A stretch of DNA of 64,000 bases from Candidatus Nomurabacteria bacterium (GTDB taxonomy: Bacteria; Patescibacteriota; Minisyncoccia; Phycocordibacterales; UBA2100): NCBI GenBank assembly GCA_943359395.1, contig CALRHH010000003.1, forward strand, positions 24,846-88,845, written 5' to 3'. Both the position numbers and the translations under genes were made by a program. Positions 40,748 through 49,867 of the stretch are shown here, piece after piece; positions within the stretch are counted from its first letter, which is position 1; each line of letters starts with the position of its first letter. The notes beneath the pieces are model-generated. The model was given only the letters and a program-made list of their open reading frames with translations, did not search any database and was not told where the DNA came from.

Positions 40748-41188
40748 ATGAAACTCGATAGAGCGATTTTAGTGGTGTTTTTAGGTAATTATTTGATAAA
40801 TACGGTTCTTGCAGCCGTGGTCGCACTTGTTCCAGCATCGACAAGCGGCGGGATACTCACCGCACAATATGTCACCTTTGTCATACTCTCAGCTGTCCTC
40901 GTAGGAGCACTCACGTGGTGGTACGGTGCACGCGACCTCAAGAGCGGCGCCATCTTCGGTGCCACAGGCTTCGTGGTTGCCATCGCGACGGCATTTGTTA
41001 CGGGAGTTTCGGGAGTCTTATCGCAGACTGGCTCGCTCTCGGCAGTCATCGGGGTTCTCCCCAACTTCTGGCCATTCCTCGCCAACTGGTCTACCCTCGT
41101 CCTCGCTGGTTACTGGATAATTCCAGCAGCAGCATACGGATGGTACGCACAGCCAAAGGCAGCAGCTTCAATGAGCGGAGGGATGTAG
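40748..41188 (+). CDS. Four-TM hypothetical membrane protein
   Basis: Hydrophobic ORF followed by terminator ~41210..41239. Confidence 0.75.
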   Translation: MKLDRAILVVFLGNYLINTVLAAVVALVPASTSGGILTAQYVTFVILSAVLVGALTWWYGARDLKSGAIFGATGFVVAIATAFVTGVSGVLSQTGSLSAVIGVLPNFWPFLANWSTLVLAGYWIIPAAAYGWYAQPKAAASMSGGM

Positions 41189-41267
41189 CCTTCCTTGCAA
41201 ACCAAATTGAAAGGCGCGACCAACTGGTCGCGCCTTTTTCGATTTAGTCGGCCGAAGCGGACTTTGC

Positions 41268-41546
41268 TTAATCGAGCTTGTTGGGATGTATCCTAAAGGA
41301 GCCACTGGCCGAAGGATTTCTTGCCTGGTCGTCAGAATCCTTTTCAATCTCAGTTTTGGCCTCGAGGTTATCATGACCAAGAATCGACTCGGCCTCGATT
41401 GCCTGCCTCCCGACAGGACCACCCCCATCTTCGAGAAGACGGAAGTTCGCTGTACCGGGAACTCGTAAGCCCTCTTCGGCGGTGCGTCTTGCTTCGTCTG
41501 AATCCACTGGTGTATTCCTTTGCGGCTTAGGTTTTTCCATACTCAA
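41268..41546 (-). CDS. Small hydrophilic hypothetical protein
   Basis: Fills gap between comEC and a bidirectional terminator; no motif. Confidence 0.45.
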   Translation of the reverse strand: MSMEKPKPQRNTPVDSDEARRTAEEGLRVPGTANFRLLEDGGGPVGRQAIEAESILGHDNLEAKTEIEKDSDDQARNPSASGSFRIHPNKLD

Positions 41547-41575
41547 CTCAATGCAAATAGTAGCACACTGAGTCC

Positions 41576-43114
41576 CTACTCAACAACAGAGCTCGGCGAA
41601 TGAGTCAGCCGATTATACCTCCAAGAAAAAATCACCGCGTATACGAGCAGGAGCCACCATGCGCTAAAGGCAGAAATCGAGACGGCGGCAAACGGAAGCG
41701 CGGCGAAGAATTTGGCGACTCCGATAATGTACGCGAGCAGAAGGTATGCAGGAAACGCGAGCGGGACAGCGTACGAGCCGGCAATCATGCCGCCTACCGC
41801 TGCAACAAACGACGCGAACATCGCAAGAGGTACCGCCACGAGGGCGAGGAGGTTTGCGGGGAGTGCGACCAATGAGAGCAATCCGTTCTGATAGAGCAGC
41901 AGAGGCAGCACCACAAGCTGCGTCGCAAAAGTCGAGGAGACAATCTCGCGCACGCCGAACCGCTCCGTGAGCCAAAGCAGCCGTTCAGTGAATACAGGCG
42001 TAAAAGAAATGAGTCCGAGCGTTGCAAGCGTAGACAATTGGAAGCTCGGGTCAAACGCAAGCTCGTATGGATTCCACAACACCATCAGTGACGCCACGAC
42101 TCCGAGGATGCGCCCCGCGAGGTAGGTGCGTCCCGTGGCACGCGCCAACACCGCGACAAAAGCCATCGCTCCGGCGCGCACGGCACTTGCTGCTCCGCCC
42201 GACATGAGCATGAAAAAGAGCACGGCCAATCCGCTCCCGCCGAACTGGAAGACTCTTGGCAGTGACGTGAGCACATATGAAATCGCATTGATAACGACAG
42301 TTATGTTGTGTCCTGAAAGAACAACCATGTGAATGAGCGATGCACGCTGAAAGTCTGCAGACAGTTCTTTGCCTATAGAGCGCTTGTCCCCCACCGTAAT
42401 CCCGCCTGCGAGTCCCGCCTCGGGTTCCGGGAGTACGGCAGTTTCGCCGCTGAGGTACTCGTGCTTAACGCGTATCGCCACGGCTTTCAGGACGTTTCCC
42501 CGATTACCCTCCGTCTTTTCTATCTGCGCGAAAGCGAGCTGATAGCCGATACCATCCTTTGCAAGATATTCTGGATAGCGGAACTGCCGACCGAACCCCG
42601 TATCAAAAGCCTCGGGGAGTCTGAGCGTGCCGACGGCGCGCACATTGTCGCCATACAAGACCTCCGTATGTGGAGGGACCGACGCAATCACACCCGCACT
42701 TACTGGAGTGGTGCTGCTTGCCCCGTTAGAAGCACCGCTTCTAACGGGGCTTGCGACAACGAGCCGCTCGACGTGCAGAGAAATTCGGACTCCAGTGTCG
42801 CGTACATCTGGTTCCGCTGTCACATATCCTTCTAGTGTTACAGGGCTATCGAGCCGTTCGGTAAGTGAAGCATCTCCTTCAAGAGTCGCTGCATGCATTC
42901 GCGCAACTCCCCCCGCGAAAGCAAGAAATACCACTGATACGATGATGAGCGGTTTCTTTCGTGATACATCGAGGAAAGCGAGTGCGAGCATTGCCGTCGC
43001 AAGAAGGAGCCCGAAAGCAACCACCGAGAGACCGAGTGGCGTAAACGAACGCACGAAAACACCTATCAGAAATCCCGCGACGAGTGTCCAGAGAACCTCC
43101 GTCCTCATGGACAC
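41576..43114 (-). CDS. comEC: ComEC/Rec2 competence channel (membrane + OB domains)
   Basis: HMVVLSGHN, SAVRAGAM, DPSFQLS, ANLL. Confidence 0.92.
   Translation of the reverse strand: MSMRTEVLWTLVAGFLIGVFVRSFTPLGLSVVAFGLLLATAMLALAFLDVSRKKPLIIVSVVFLAFAGGVARMHAATLEGDASLTERLDSPVTLEGYVTAEPDVRDTGVRISLHVERLVVASPVRSGASNGASSTTPVSAGVIASVPPHTEVLYGDNVRAVGTLRLPEAFDTGFGRQFRYPEYLAKDGIGYQLAFAQIEKTEGNRGNVLKAVAIRVKHEYLSGETAVLPEPEAGLAGGITVGDKRSIGKELSADFQRASLIHMVVLSGHNITVVINAISYVLTSLPRVFQFGGSGLAVLFFMLMSGGAASAVRAGAMAFVAVLARATGRTYLAGRILGVVASLMVLWNPYELAFDPSFQLSTLATLGLISFTPVFTERLLWLTERFGVREIVSSTFATQLVVLPLLLYQNGLLSLVALPANLLALVAVPLAMFASFVAAVGGMIAGSYAVPLAFPAYLLLAYIIGVAKFFAALPFAAVSISAFSAWWLLLVYAVIFSWRYNRLTHSPSSVVE
42721..42749. 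mobile_element. MITE-like element copy 2 (29 bp), TSD CTTG, in frame within comEC
   Basis: CTTG|CCCCGTTAGAAGCACCGCTTCTAACGGGG|CTTG; 33 nt = 11 codons. Confidence 0.75.
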
Positions 43115-43521
43115 TATGTGGCCTCGTCTACCGCCTCGTTGACGAGTCTGTCTGCTTCAGCATTTTGCTCTCGAGGAATGTGTACGAAATGATGTTTAGG
43201 AAAATCTGCGAGCAGCGCTCGCACCTTCGCAACTTGCGGCTTGAGAGTTGGTTCTTTTATCTTCCAATTTCCCAATATCTGTTCGACGGCGAGCTTAGAA
43301 TCCATTCTTACTTCTATTTCCCGCCCTCCAAGTCCGCGCACTTTCGCGTCGTGGAGCGCGAGCGCCACGGCTTCGTATTCTGCCCAATTGTTAGTCTGAC
43401 TCCCAAGAAACTGCTTACCCTCAAACAAGAGTCTCTCTCCCTCAAGGGCCTGAAACCCCGCCCCAGCGGGGCCTGGATTATTGCGCGCCCCGCCATCCGT
43501 GTAGATTATGATTTTTTTCAT
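43114..43521 (-). CDS. rnhA: Ribonuclease HI
   Basis: YTDGGARNNPGPAG, TNNWAEY, MDSKL, HIPREQNAEADRL. Confidence 0.93.
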   Translation of the reverse strand: MKKIIIYTDGGARNNPGPAGAGFQALEGERLLFEGKQFLGSQTNNWAEYEAVALALHDAKVRGLGGREIEVRMDSKLAVEQILGNWKIKEPTLKPQVAKVRALLADFPKHHFVHIPREQNAEADRLVNEAVDEAT

Positions 43522-44162
43522 TACACTACTGCGGGAGCCTCTACTTGAAACGATAATGTGCGGTACGCGTGCGCGATAGCGAGCGACGACACGGAACCTG
43601 ATACAAGCAGCCCTACAACCAGACAGAGGAATCCAAGAATATTCACAAGTACGATGAGCCCAATCATTTTTAGAAGCTGCCATTTGTGACCGTCTGTGAT
43701 ACGAGCACTTTCTTTAAGTGCCTCGAAAGGCTTGAGTTTGCGCTCCATCACAAGGTACGGGACAAACATGTATCGTAAGCCCCACAGTATTCCGGGGACT
43801 ATGAGGAGAATGAGTCCTACGACGACAATGATGCCGACGAGCATGGAAGCTCCAACGTACTTCCAGAAAGGATGCGGCGCCCACAAGTCACTGAATGTGA
43901 CAGAGTCCGCGTTATTCTGCGCCTTCAGCACGACTTGAATTGACCCCATTTTTGCCAAGATTGAAATGACCGCCATGGCAAGCCCGACGAAGACGATCAG
44001 CGCGATTGTAGATGGCGAGTTCTGGATACTATCTCCCATTCTGAAACTTGTTCCGCCGGATAGTACACCGACAATGAAGGTGACGCCGGCGAAGAACCAT
44101 GGACGCTTCTTGAAAGTCTCCCACCCAAATCCAATCATCGCACCCGCTCTGAATGTATTCAT
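43521..44162 (-). CDS. Integral membrane protein (DUF975-like)
   Basis: LLIVPGI...YMFVPYL...ALKESARITDGHKWQL. Confidence 0.75.
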   Translation of the reverse strand: MNTFRAGAMIGFGWETFKKRPWFFAGVTFIVGVLSGGTSFRMGDSIQNSPSTIALIVFVGLAMAVISILAKMGSIQVVLKAQNNADSVTFSDLWAPHPFWKYVGASMLVGIIVVVGLILLIVPGILWGLRYMFVPYLVMERKLKPFEALKESARITDGHKWQLLKMIGLIVLVNILGFLCLVVGLLVSGSVSSLAIAHAYRTLSFQVEAPAVV

Positions 44163-44236
44163 ATGACCACGCTAGCATGGGCAACAGAAAAGCCAATAGC
44201 CCCTGTGTATACGATGCTACACAAGCTACTCAATTC

Positions 44237-45904
44237 TCACGGGACAGGGAGGAAGTCGACAATACGCAAGGCGAGTCCACCGTGGTAGGAATCACGCTCT
44301 ATGGTCGCAAGCACATTTGCAAACAATCCTGGCTCTGGCGAAAGAGAGAAGTCGTGAGGGGACTTGAAGAACTCAAAACCCCGGACCGACTTGCCGCTCT
44401 CGCGGCACTCGAGCACGACCTCGACGTGATTTTGCTCTTTTCCAAAACGCTTTACGCCTGTAATGGTCGTATTACTCAAAAGGAAGAGGGGCTTGGGGTT
44501 TCCGACACCAAAGGGTGCAAGTCTTGAAATCTCTTTGAATAGAATCCCTGAAATATCAGAGAGCATTACGGATACATCGTGCTCGAGCGTGCCGAGAGGA
44601 GAACGGAGAGGCAGGGTATCGATGGCGCGGGCAAGCGTCTCTGGTAACCGATGTACATGTTCGTGCGAGACGGTGAAGCCACCCGACGCGGCATGTCCTC
44701 CGTATTCCTCAAAGACATCGCCGGCATTCTGAAAGAGGTCGAGGAGGGAAACGTCTCCATCGGAACGGCATGAGCCCTTGAGCTTGCCGTTTGCATCGCG
44801 TCCCCACATACATACGATACCGCCGCGGTCTCCCATAATAGAATTCGCCGCAAGACCCAAAAGGGCAGGTTTCCATTCGGGATTACCCAAGACGACTACA
44901 CGGTCTTTCTCTGTAAATCTCTCTTTCACGTGTGCGCGTGCTTGTTTTACCAAACCTGCCACCACGCCTTTTCGCCGTGCATTCAACTTTTCGAGCTGAG
45001 CTGTCACCTTCTCAGCTTCCCCGATGTCGCGCGTGACCAAGAACCGAAGCGCCAAGTCGGGCTCGTCCATGCGTGATGCGGCATTGATGCGAGGGGCAAT
45101 AGAAAATCCTATGTCACTCTCGGAGAGCTCACTCTGACGCAAGCGCAGCGTGCTGCAGACAGCCCGGATACCGGGACGTGGTGACTTGCGCAATACTTGG
45201 ATGCCCCAGTGAGTGAGCACGCGATTTTCTCCGACGAGCGGAACCATATCGGCAATAGTCGCGATTGCGACCGTATCGAGAAGCCACTTTTCCCAGCCGT
45301 CTTGTATCTTTTGAAAACGCCCCGCGCCTCTCTTTTTTCCCTCTGAAAGCGTCGCTTGAACGAGCTTGAATGCGACCGCGGCTCCGCAGAGGTGTGGAAA
45401 CGGGTAGGGAGATATCTTCGGATTGAGTACCGCAACGGCGTCGGGGAGAGACGCTGAAATCTCGTGGTGGTCTGTCACAATGACGTCCACGCCTTTTTCT
45501 TTTGCAAAGCGTACGGCATCGACCGCCGTTGTCCCGACGTCGATTGTAATGATGAGTTTCACGTCACGGGCGGCGAGCGCTTCTATCGCGGTCGTGTGAA
45601 ATCCATAACCCTCCCTATCACGATGCGGCAGGTACACTTCGAAATTCTCGTATTCAAGCTTGGTGAAAAAATCTGAGAAAAGTGCGGCGCCCGGGATTCC
45701 GTCGCAATCAAAATCAGCATAGATGGCGATGCGCTCATTCCGTTCTACTCCCTGCAGGAGGCGCCCCACCGCCACGTCCATTCCGTGTAACAAGGATGGA
45801 CTGTGCGTATGAAGGCCATAGTCTGGATTGAGAAATGCCGCGACGTCCGATTCCAATGCGATACCGCGTTTTTCGAGCAACGAACGGACAATTCTAGAAT
45901 ACAT
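44237..45904 (-). CDS. recJ: ssDNA exonuclease RecJ
   Basis: DFDCDG, EGYG, TDHH, TIADMVPL, PRINAASR, GGH, APFGVGNPKP. Confidence 0.95.
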   Translation of the reverse strand: MYSRIVRSLLEKRGIALESDVAAFLNPDYGLHTHSPSLLHGMDVAVGRLLQGVERNERIAIYADFDCDGIPGAALFSDFFTKLEYENFEVYLPHRDREGYGFHTTAIEALAARDVKLIITIDVGTTAVDAVRFAKEKGVDVIVTDHHEISASLPDAVAVLNPKISPYPFPHLCGAAVAFKLVQATLSEGKKRGAGRFQKIQDGWEKWLLDTVAIATIADMVPLVGENRVLTHWGIQVLRKSPRPGIRAVCSTLRLRQSELSESDIGFSIAPRINAASRMDEPDLALRFLVTRDIGEAEKVTAQLEKLNARRKGVVAGLVKQARAHVKERFTEKDRVVVLGNPEWKPALLGLAANSIMGDRGGIVCMWGRDANGKLKGSCRSDGDVSLLDLFQNAGDVFEEYGGHAASGGFTVSHEHVHRLPETLARAIDTLPLRSPLGTLEHDVSVMLSDISGILFKEISRLAPFGVGNPKPLFLLSNTTITGVKRFGKEQNHVEVVLECRESGKSVRGFEFFKSPHDFSLSPEPGLFANVLATIERDSYHGGLALRIVDFLPVP

Positions 45905-45911
45905 GCGTGCG

Positions 45912-45973
45912 GTATATAGTATCTCGTATATGGTATCTAGTATACGACATACGAAATACTAAATACGATATAC
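45912..45973. repeat. Mirror-symmetric heptamer array
   Basis: (GTATnnn)x4-GTATAC-(nnnATAC)x4 between divergent recJ and HIT genes. Confidence 0.7.
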
Positions 45974-45980
45974 TGCATTT

Positions 45981-46394
45981 ATGACTTCTGATTGCCTGTT
46001 CTGCAAAATTACTGCGCGGGAGATTCCCGCCCAAGTCGTATACGAAGATGGGGATACTCTTGCATTCCTTGATATAAACCCTATCAATCCCGGACACACC
46101 CTCGTCATCCCGAAAGAGCATTCGAAGGATATATTCGATATTGATGAGAAAAATTGGGCAGCCGTCATGAGAACATCGCGCATCGTCGCTCACGCCCTTG
46201 AGAAAGCTTTGAAAACTGACGGCATAAACCTCGGTATGAATAATCGCGCGGGTGCGGGACAAATGATATTTCACGCACACGTGCACGTGATGCCTCGTAC
46301 GGTGGGAGACCCCCACAGGCCATGGCCGGGACGACCATATGCAGAAGGGGAGTTTGTCGCAATGGGAGAAAAACTCCGTGCAGCCCTGAAGTAG
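45981..46394 (+). CDS. HIT family hydrolase
   Basis: CLFCKI, AFLDINP..PGHTLVIPK, HAHVHVMPR. Confidence 0.95.
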   Translation: MTSDCLFCKITAREIPAQVVYEDGDTLAFLDINPINPGHTLVIPKEHSKDIFDIDEKNWAAVMRTSRIVAHALEKALKTDGINLGMNNRAGAGQMIFHAHVHVMPRTVGDPHRPWPGRPYAEGEFVAMGEKLRAALK

Positions 46395-46401
46395 AATCTC
46401 T

Positions 46402-47265
46402 TTACTGCCAGCAGAGACTAATTGGCTCTCCGATTATTTGTTCAAGATATGCGAGTGCCTCGCGTGAGCCTCCGATTCCGTCGATGAGTCCGCTCTCAAG
46501 TGCTTGTTGCCCAAGCATCGTAGAACCGTCAGCGAGTGCGTCCACCTTTTCAATTGGCAGACCCCGGTATCCCGCGACCTGCTTCACAAAAGTCTCCCGC
46601 AATATATTGAGGTCGCGGGTAATCAGCTCTCGCTCAGCGCCCGTCAGCGGCTTATCAGGACTAAAGGTATCTTTGAACGGTCCCGACGAAAGTTGCTCGT
46701 ATATCAGACCTTCGTTTTTATTCTTCTCTGATTGATTCACAAATGAGTAGGTCGCTCCGATAGAACCGACGGTTGAATCTTCGAGGGCAAGGATGCGATT
46801 CGCGGCCGCGGCGACGAGATAACCGGACGAAACACCGCCGCCGTGTATCACCGCGATAGAGGGCTTCCCGAAAGCCCGTATGGCATTTGCGATTTCCTGC
46901 CCCGCCTCGGAGCCTCCTCCAAACGAGTCGACGTCAACCAAAAGCGCTTTGATGTTTTGGTTCTCCTCCGCGGCTTTCAGTCCGTACTGTACATCGGTCG
47001 CGACGGTGTAATTGGGTGTCAAGACCGTACTCGCGGCATCATTGAGCATGAGGGTATCCGTAACAGGGACGTCTGCTCGCGTATTCACGATGTTGCCGTA
47101 CACCTGAAGGTCGAGTACGTTACAAGCAGAAAAAGAATCCGTACTCCCTGCAGACTGCACCGCCTGCGTAATGAACGGAGCCGCAGCAGACCCAACAGCC
47201 GATGCGATTATTACTGCACCCAGAAAAAGTATGGTCTTAGGGGAGAAATTATCTTCCATTCGCAT
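46402..47265 (-). CDS. S49 family peptidase (SppA-like)
   Basis: VDSFGG, SSGYLVA, VGSIG, GPFKD, GLIDGIG. Confidence 0.88.
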   Translation of the reverse strand: MRMEDNFSPKTILFLGAVIIASAVGSAAAPFITQAVQSAGSTDSFSACNVLDLQVYGNIVNTRADVPVTDTLMLNDAASTVLTPNYTVATDVQYGLKAAEENQNIKALLVDVDSFGGGSEAGQEIANAIRAFGKPSIAVIHGGGVSSGYLVAAAANRILALEDSTVGSIGATYSFVNQSEKNKNEGLIYEQLSSGPFKDTFSPDKPLTGAERELITRDLNILRETFVKQVAGYRGLPIEKVDALADGSTMLGQQALESGLIDGIGGSREALAYLEQIIGEPISLCWQ

Positions 47266-47319
47266 AGAATAGCACCCTTTAACGCGAGGCTCTTGCCACG
47301 TCTTCTAAATTGTGGAGAT

Positions 47320-48447
47320 TTAGCTGAGCACCTCTATGCCAGGCAGTGTCCCCTTCAATAGATACTCCAGCATGGCACCGCCGCCGGTTGAGAGAAAGCC
47401 TAAGCTCTCTTGCGCTACGCCTGTCTTTTCTATCGCGGCAATAGTGTCGCCGCCGCCGATTACCTTTTGTGCCTCGCTTTTCGCAATCAATTCCGCGATT
47501 CCCTGCGTGTAATGAATGTACCCGCTCTCGTACATACCGGTCGGACCTGCCCAGAGAATAAATTTTGCACTTGCAATATGCGGAGAAAGCATCGCGACGG
47601 TATCAGGTCCGATGTCTACAATCTTGTCATCGGCTTCAACATCTTGCGGTTTTTTCACGTGCGACTGACCGTCAGGTCGCTCAACGGTCACGTCGACAGG
47701 CGCAAGAAAGTTTGAGTGTTCCAAAATAGATGCGTCGGGCAATTCCTTGGATATGAGTGAGCGACCGACGGGGAGACCTCGCGCCTTGAATACATCGTTG
47801 GCAAGTGCGCCCGTAACAAACACGCGGTCATACTTTTCAAGAAGTAATTTGATGAGTGGAGCCTTTGTCTCAAATTTGGCACCACCGAGGATGGCGAAGG
47901 ACAGATGTCCAGGTGCACGCGCGGCATCAATCTGACGAACTTCCTCACGAACGAGAATGCCTGCGTACGAGGGTAAGAATTTCGTGATGTTGACCATTGT
48001 CGTACTCTCGCGGTGAATGCTCGGAAACGCATCGTTTACGTACATATCCGCGAGCGACGCGAGTTCTTGCGCAAAGGCGTCACTTCCCTCAATCTCACGC
48101 GGGTCCTGCTGTAGATTTTCAAGGAGAACAATGTTCCCGTCTTTCATCGCGGTCACAGCATCATTCACGAGCGGACCGGAGAGCGCAGGAACAAAGAAGA
48201 CGGAAAAATACGCTTTCATTGCCTTTGCCACGGGCGCCATAGTAGCCTTCGGGTCCCGACCAATCTTGGCAATCACGATAACGCGCGCTTCGTTCTTAAT
48301 AAGGAATTTGATAGTAGCGAACGATTGTTTCAAACGAAAAACATCCGTGACCTCTCCCTCGTCATTTACGGGCAAGTCTAGACCAGCACGCAATAAAACC
48401 CGCTTTCCCTTTAACTCGCCTGCAGGAATTTCATCGATACATTTCAT
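47320..48447 (-). CDS. pgk: Phosphoglycerate kinase
   Basis: LLENL, VNDAF, GGAKFETK, DIGP, GGGDT, STGGGAMLE. Confidence 0.95.
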   Translation of the reverse strand: MKCIDEIPAGELKGKRVLLRAGLDLPVNDEGEVTDVFRLKQSFATIKFLIKNEARVIVIAKIGRDPKATMAPVAKAMKAYFSVFFVPALSGPLVNDAVTAMKDGNIVLLENLQQDPREIEGSDAFAQELASLADMYVNDAFPSIHRESTTMVNITKFLPSYAGILVREEVRQIDAARAPGHLSFAILGGAKFETKAPLIKLLLEKYDRVFVTGALANDVFKARGLPVGRSLISKELPDASILEHSNFLAPVDVTVERPDGQSHVKKPQDVEADDKIVDIGPDTVAMLSPHIASAKFILWAGPTGMYESGYIHYTQGIAELIAKSEAQKVIGGGDTIAAIEKTGVAQESLGFLSTGGGAMLEYLLKGTLPGIEVLS

Positions 48448-48452
48448 GCTAA

Positions 48453-49199
48453 CTATCCAAGTGAACTCATAAGAATACTGAATCGCTCGGCATTGATGCT
48501 CACGTGGCCTACGATAAATCCCTGCACGCCGCTTTCTTGGAGCATCGGGAGCGCATTTGATTCAGTCGTGGCGCCTCCGTACAGAACTTTGGTATTCATT
48601 CCCGTCTCTCCCTTCAGCCCAACGATTGTCTTACGGATGAATATCGCCATCTCATGCATATCGCGCGGACTCATAGATTTCTCGCCGCCAATCGCCCAGA
48701 CAGGCTCGTATCCCACGAGCACCTTGGCAACTTTGCCTGGTTCTACGTGCGAAAAACCCGCACGCAACTGCTCTTTTACCGCGCTGTAATGTTCGCCGTT
48801 GTGCGAGCGTTCCCGTTCGCCGACACAGAGGACCGGCGTTACACCCGAAGCGAGCGCAGCGGCAACGACGTTCCCTGCACTCTCACTCGTTTCTCCTTTT
48901 GCGCGCTGCTCTGAGTGCCCTACGATAACGTACTCCGCCCCCGCTTCTTTTGCTTGAAGAATAGAGGTATCTCCCGTATATGCTCCGCTCCCCTCGGCAT
49001 TTACATTTTGAGCTGCAAAAGCGATGTGCTTGCCCTTGTATCGAGCTCGCAGCTCTCGCAAAAAGATGGTCGGAGGTGCCACGATAAGGATTACGTTCTT
49101 GGAAGCCCCGGCGGCCTTGCGTGTCGCATCAAAAAGCTGCTTCGCCTCGCGCATCGTTACAGGATTCATCTTCCAATTTGCAACGACGATAGATTTCAT
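48453..49199 (-). CDS. tpiA: Triosephosphate isomerase
   Basis: ANWKMN, VGHSEQR, YEPVWAIG, LYGG. Confidence 0.95.
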   Translation of the reverse strand: MKSIVVANWKMNPVTMREAKQLFDATRKAAGASKNVILIVAPPTIFLRELRARYKGKHIAFAAQNVNAEGSGAYTGDTSILQAKEAGAEYVIVGHSEQRAKGETSESAGNVVAAALASGVTPVLCVGERERSHNGEHYSAVKEQLRAGFSHVEPGKVAKVLVGYEPVWAIGGEKSMSPRDMHEMAIFIRKTIVGLKGETGMNTKVLYGGATTESNALPMLQESGVQGFIVGHVSINAERFSILMSSLG

Positions 49200-49287
49200 T
49201 TGCCGATTGTATCACGCATAAAAAACTTGAGCGCGGCCTGCCTAGATGTGCAGGTCGCGCTCAGTGTTTTTCGACAAGGAACGGAAT

Positions 49288-49791
49288 TCAGCGGGGACCG
49301 TAGAGATCGGGATCTGGTCCACTGAAATCGGGATAGGGTTCCCCGCCCGCCCGCCAAAACAAGAATTTCTCCTGCCGCGGGGTGCGCTTAATCGGCAACT
49401 CGCCGGTCACGAACCGTGCAATGAAGTCGTCGGCGGCGATGATGGCGACCGCGACGACCACGCCCCCAGTCGGGCACGCCACAGCCCAGACGACAGAATA
49501 CTTCCAGTGACGCTTGACTTCGTACTGGAAGCGCTTCATCTGGCGCTTGGTCATCTTTTTGAGCGGGACCGGCTTGCCGACGGCAAGAATGCCCTCACCC
49601 AAGACACAGGCAACGACCTTTACGACCGCACCCGTATTATTTTTGGAACTGCCCGACTCATTGCTCGTGGAACCGCCAGGGTCAGGACAGCCGCCTTTGC
49701 AGCCGCCCCCACCACCGCCAATGTCCGCCATCGCAACTGACGAGACAAAGACCATGAACGCTGCGACTACCGCAGCGACGATATGTTTCAT
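49288..49791 (-). CDS. Secreted/membrane hypothetical protein with Gly-Cys N-terminus
   Basis: Signal peptide ending AMA; GAGGAG SD; TTGCGC-17-CATAAT; terminator ~49221..49270. Confidence 0.7.
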   Translation of the reverse strand: MKHIVAAVVAAFMVFVSSVAMADIGGGGGGCKGGCPDPGGSTSNESGSSKNNTGAVVKVVACVLGEGILAVGKPVPLKKMTKRQMKRFQYEVKRHWKYSVVWAVACPTGGVVVAVAIIAADDFIARFVTGELPIKRTPRQEKFLFWRAGGEPYPDFSGPDPDLYGPR

Positions 49792-49867
49792 CGATACATC
49801 TCCTCTTTCCGCCGCTGTCTCGCAACGGTGGCGATATTATGTAAGGAAAATCCACTTTGCGCAAGTT

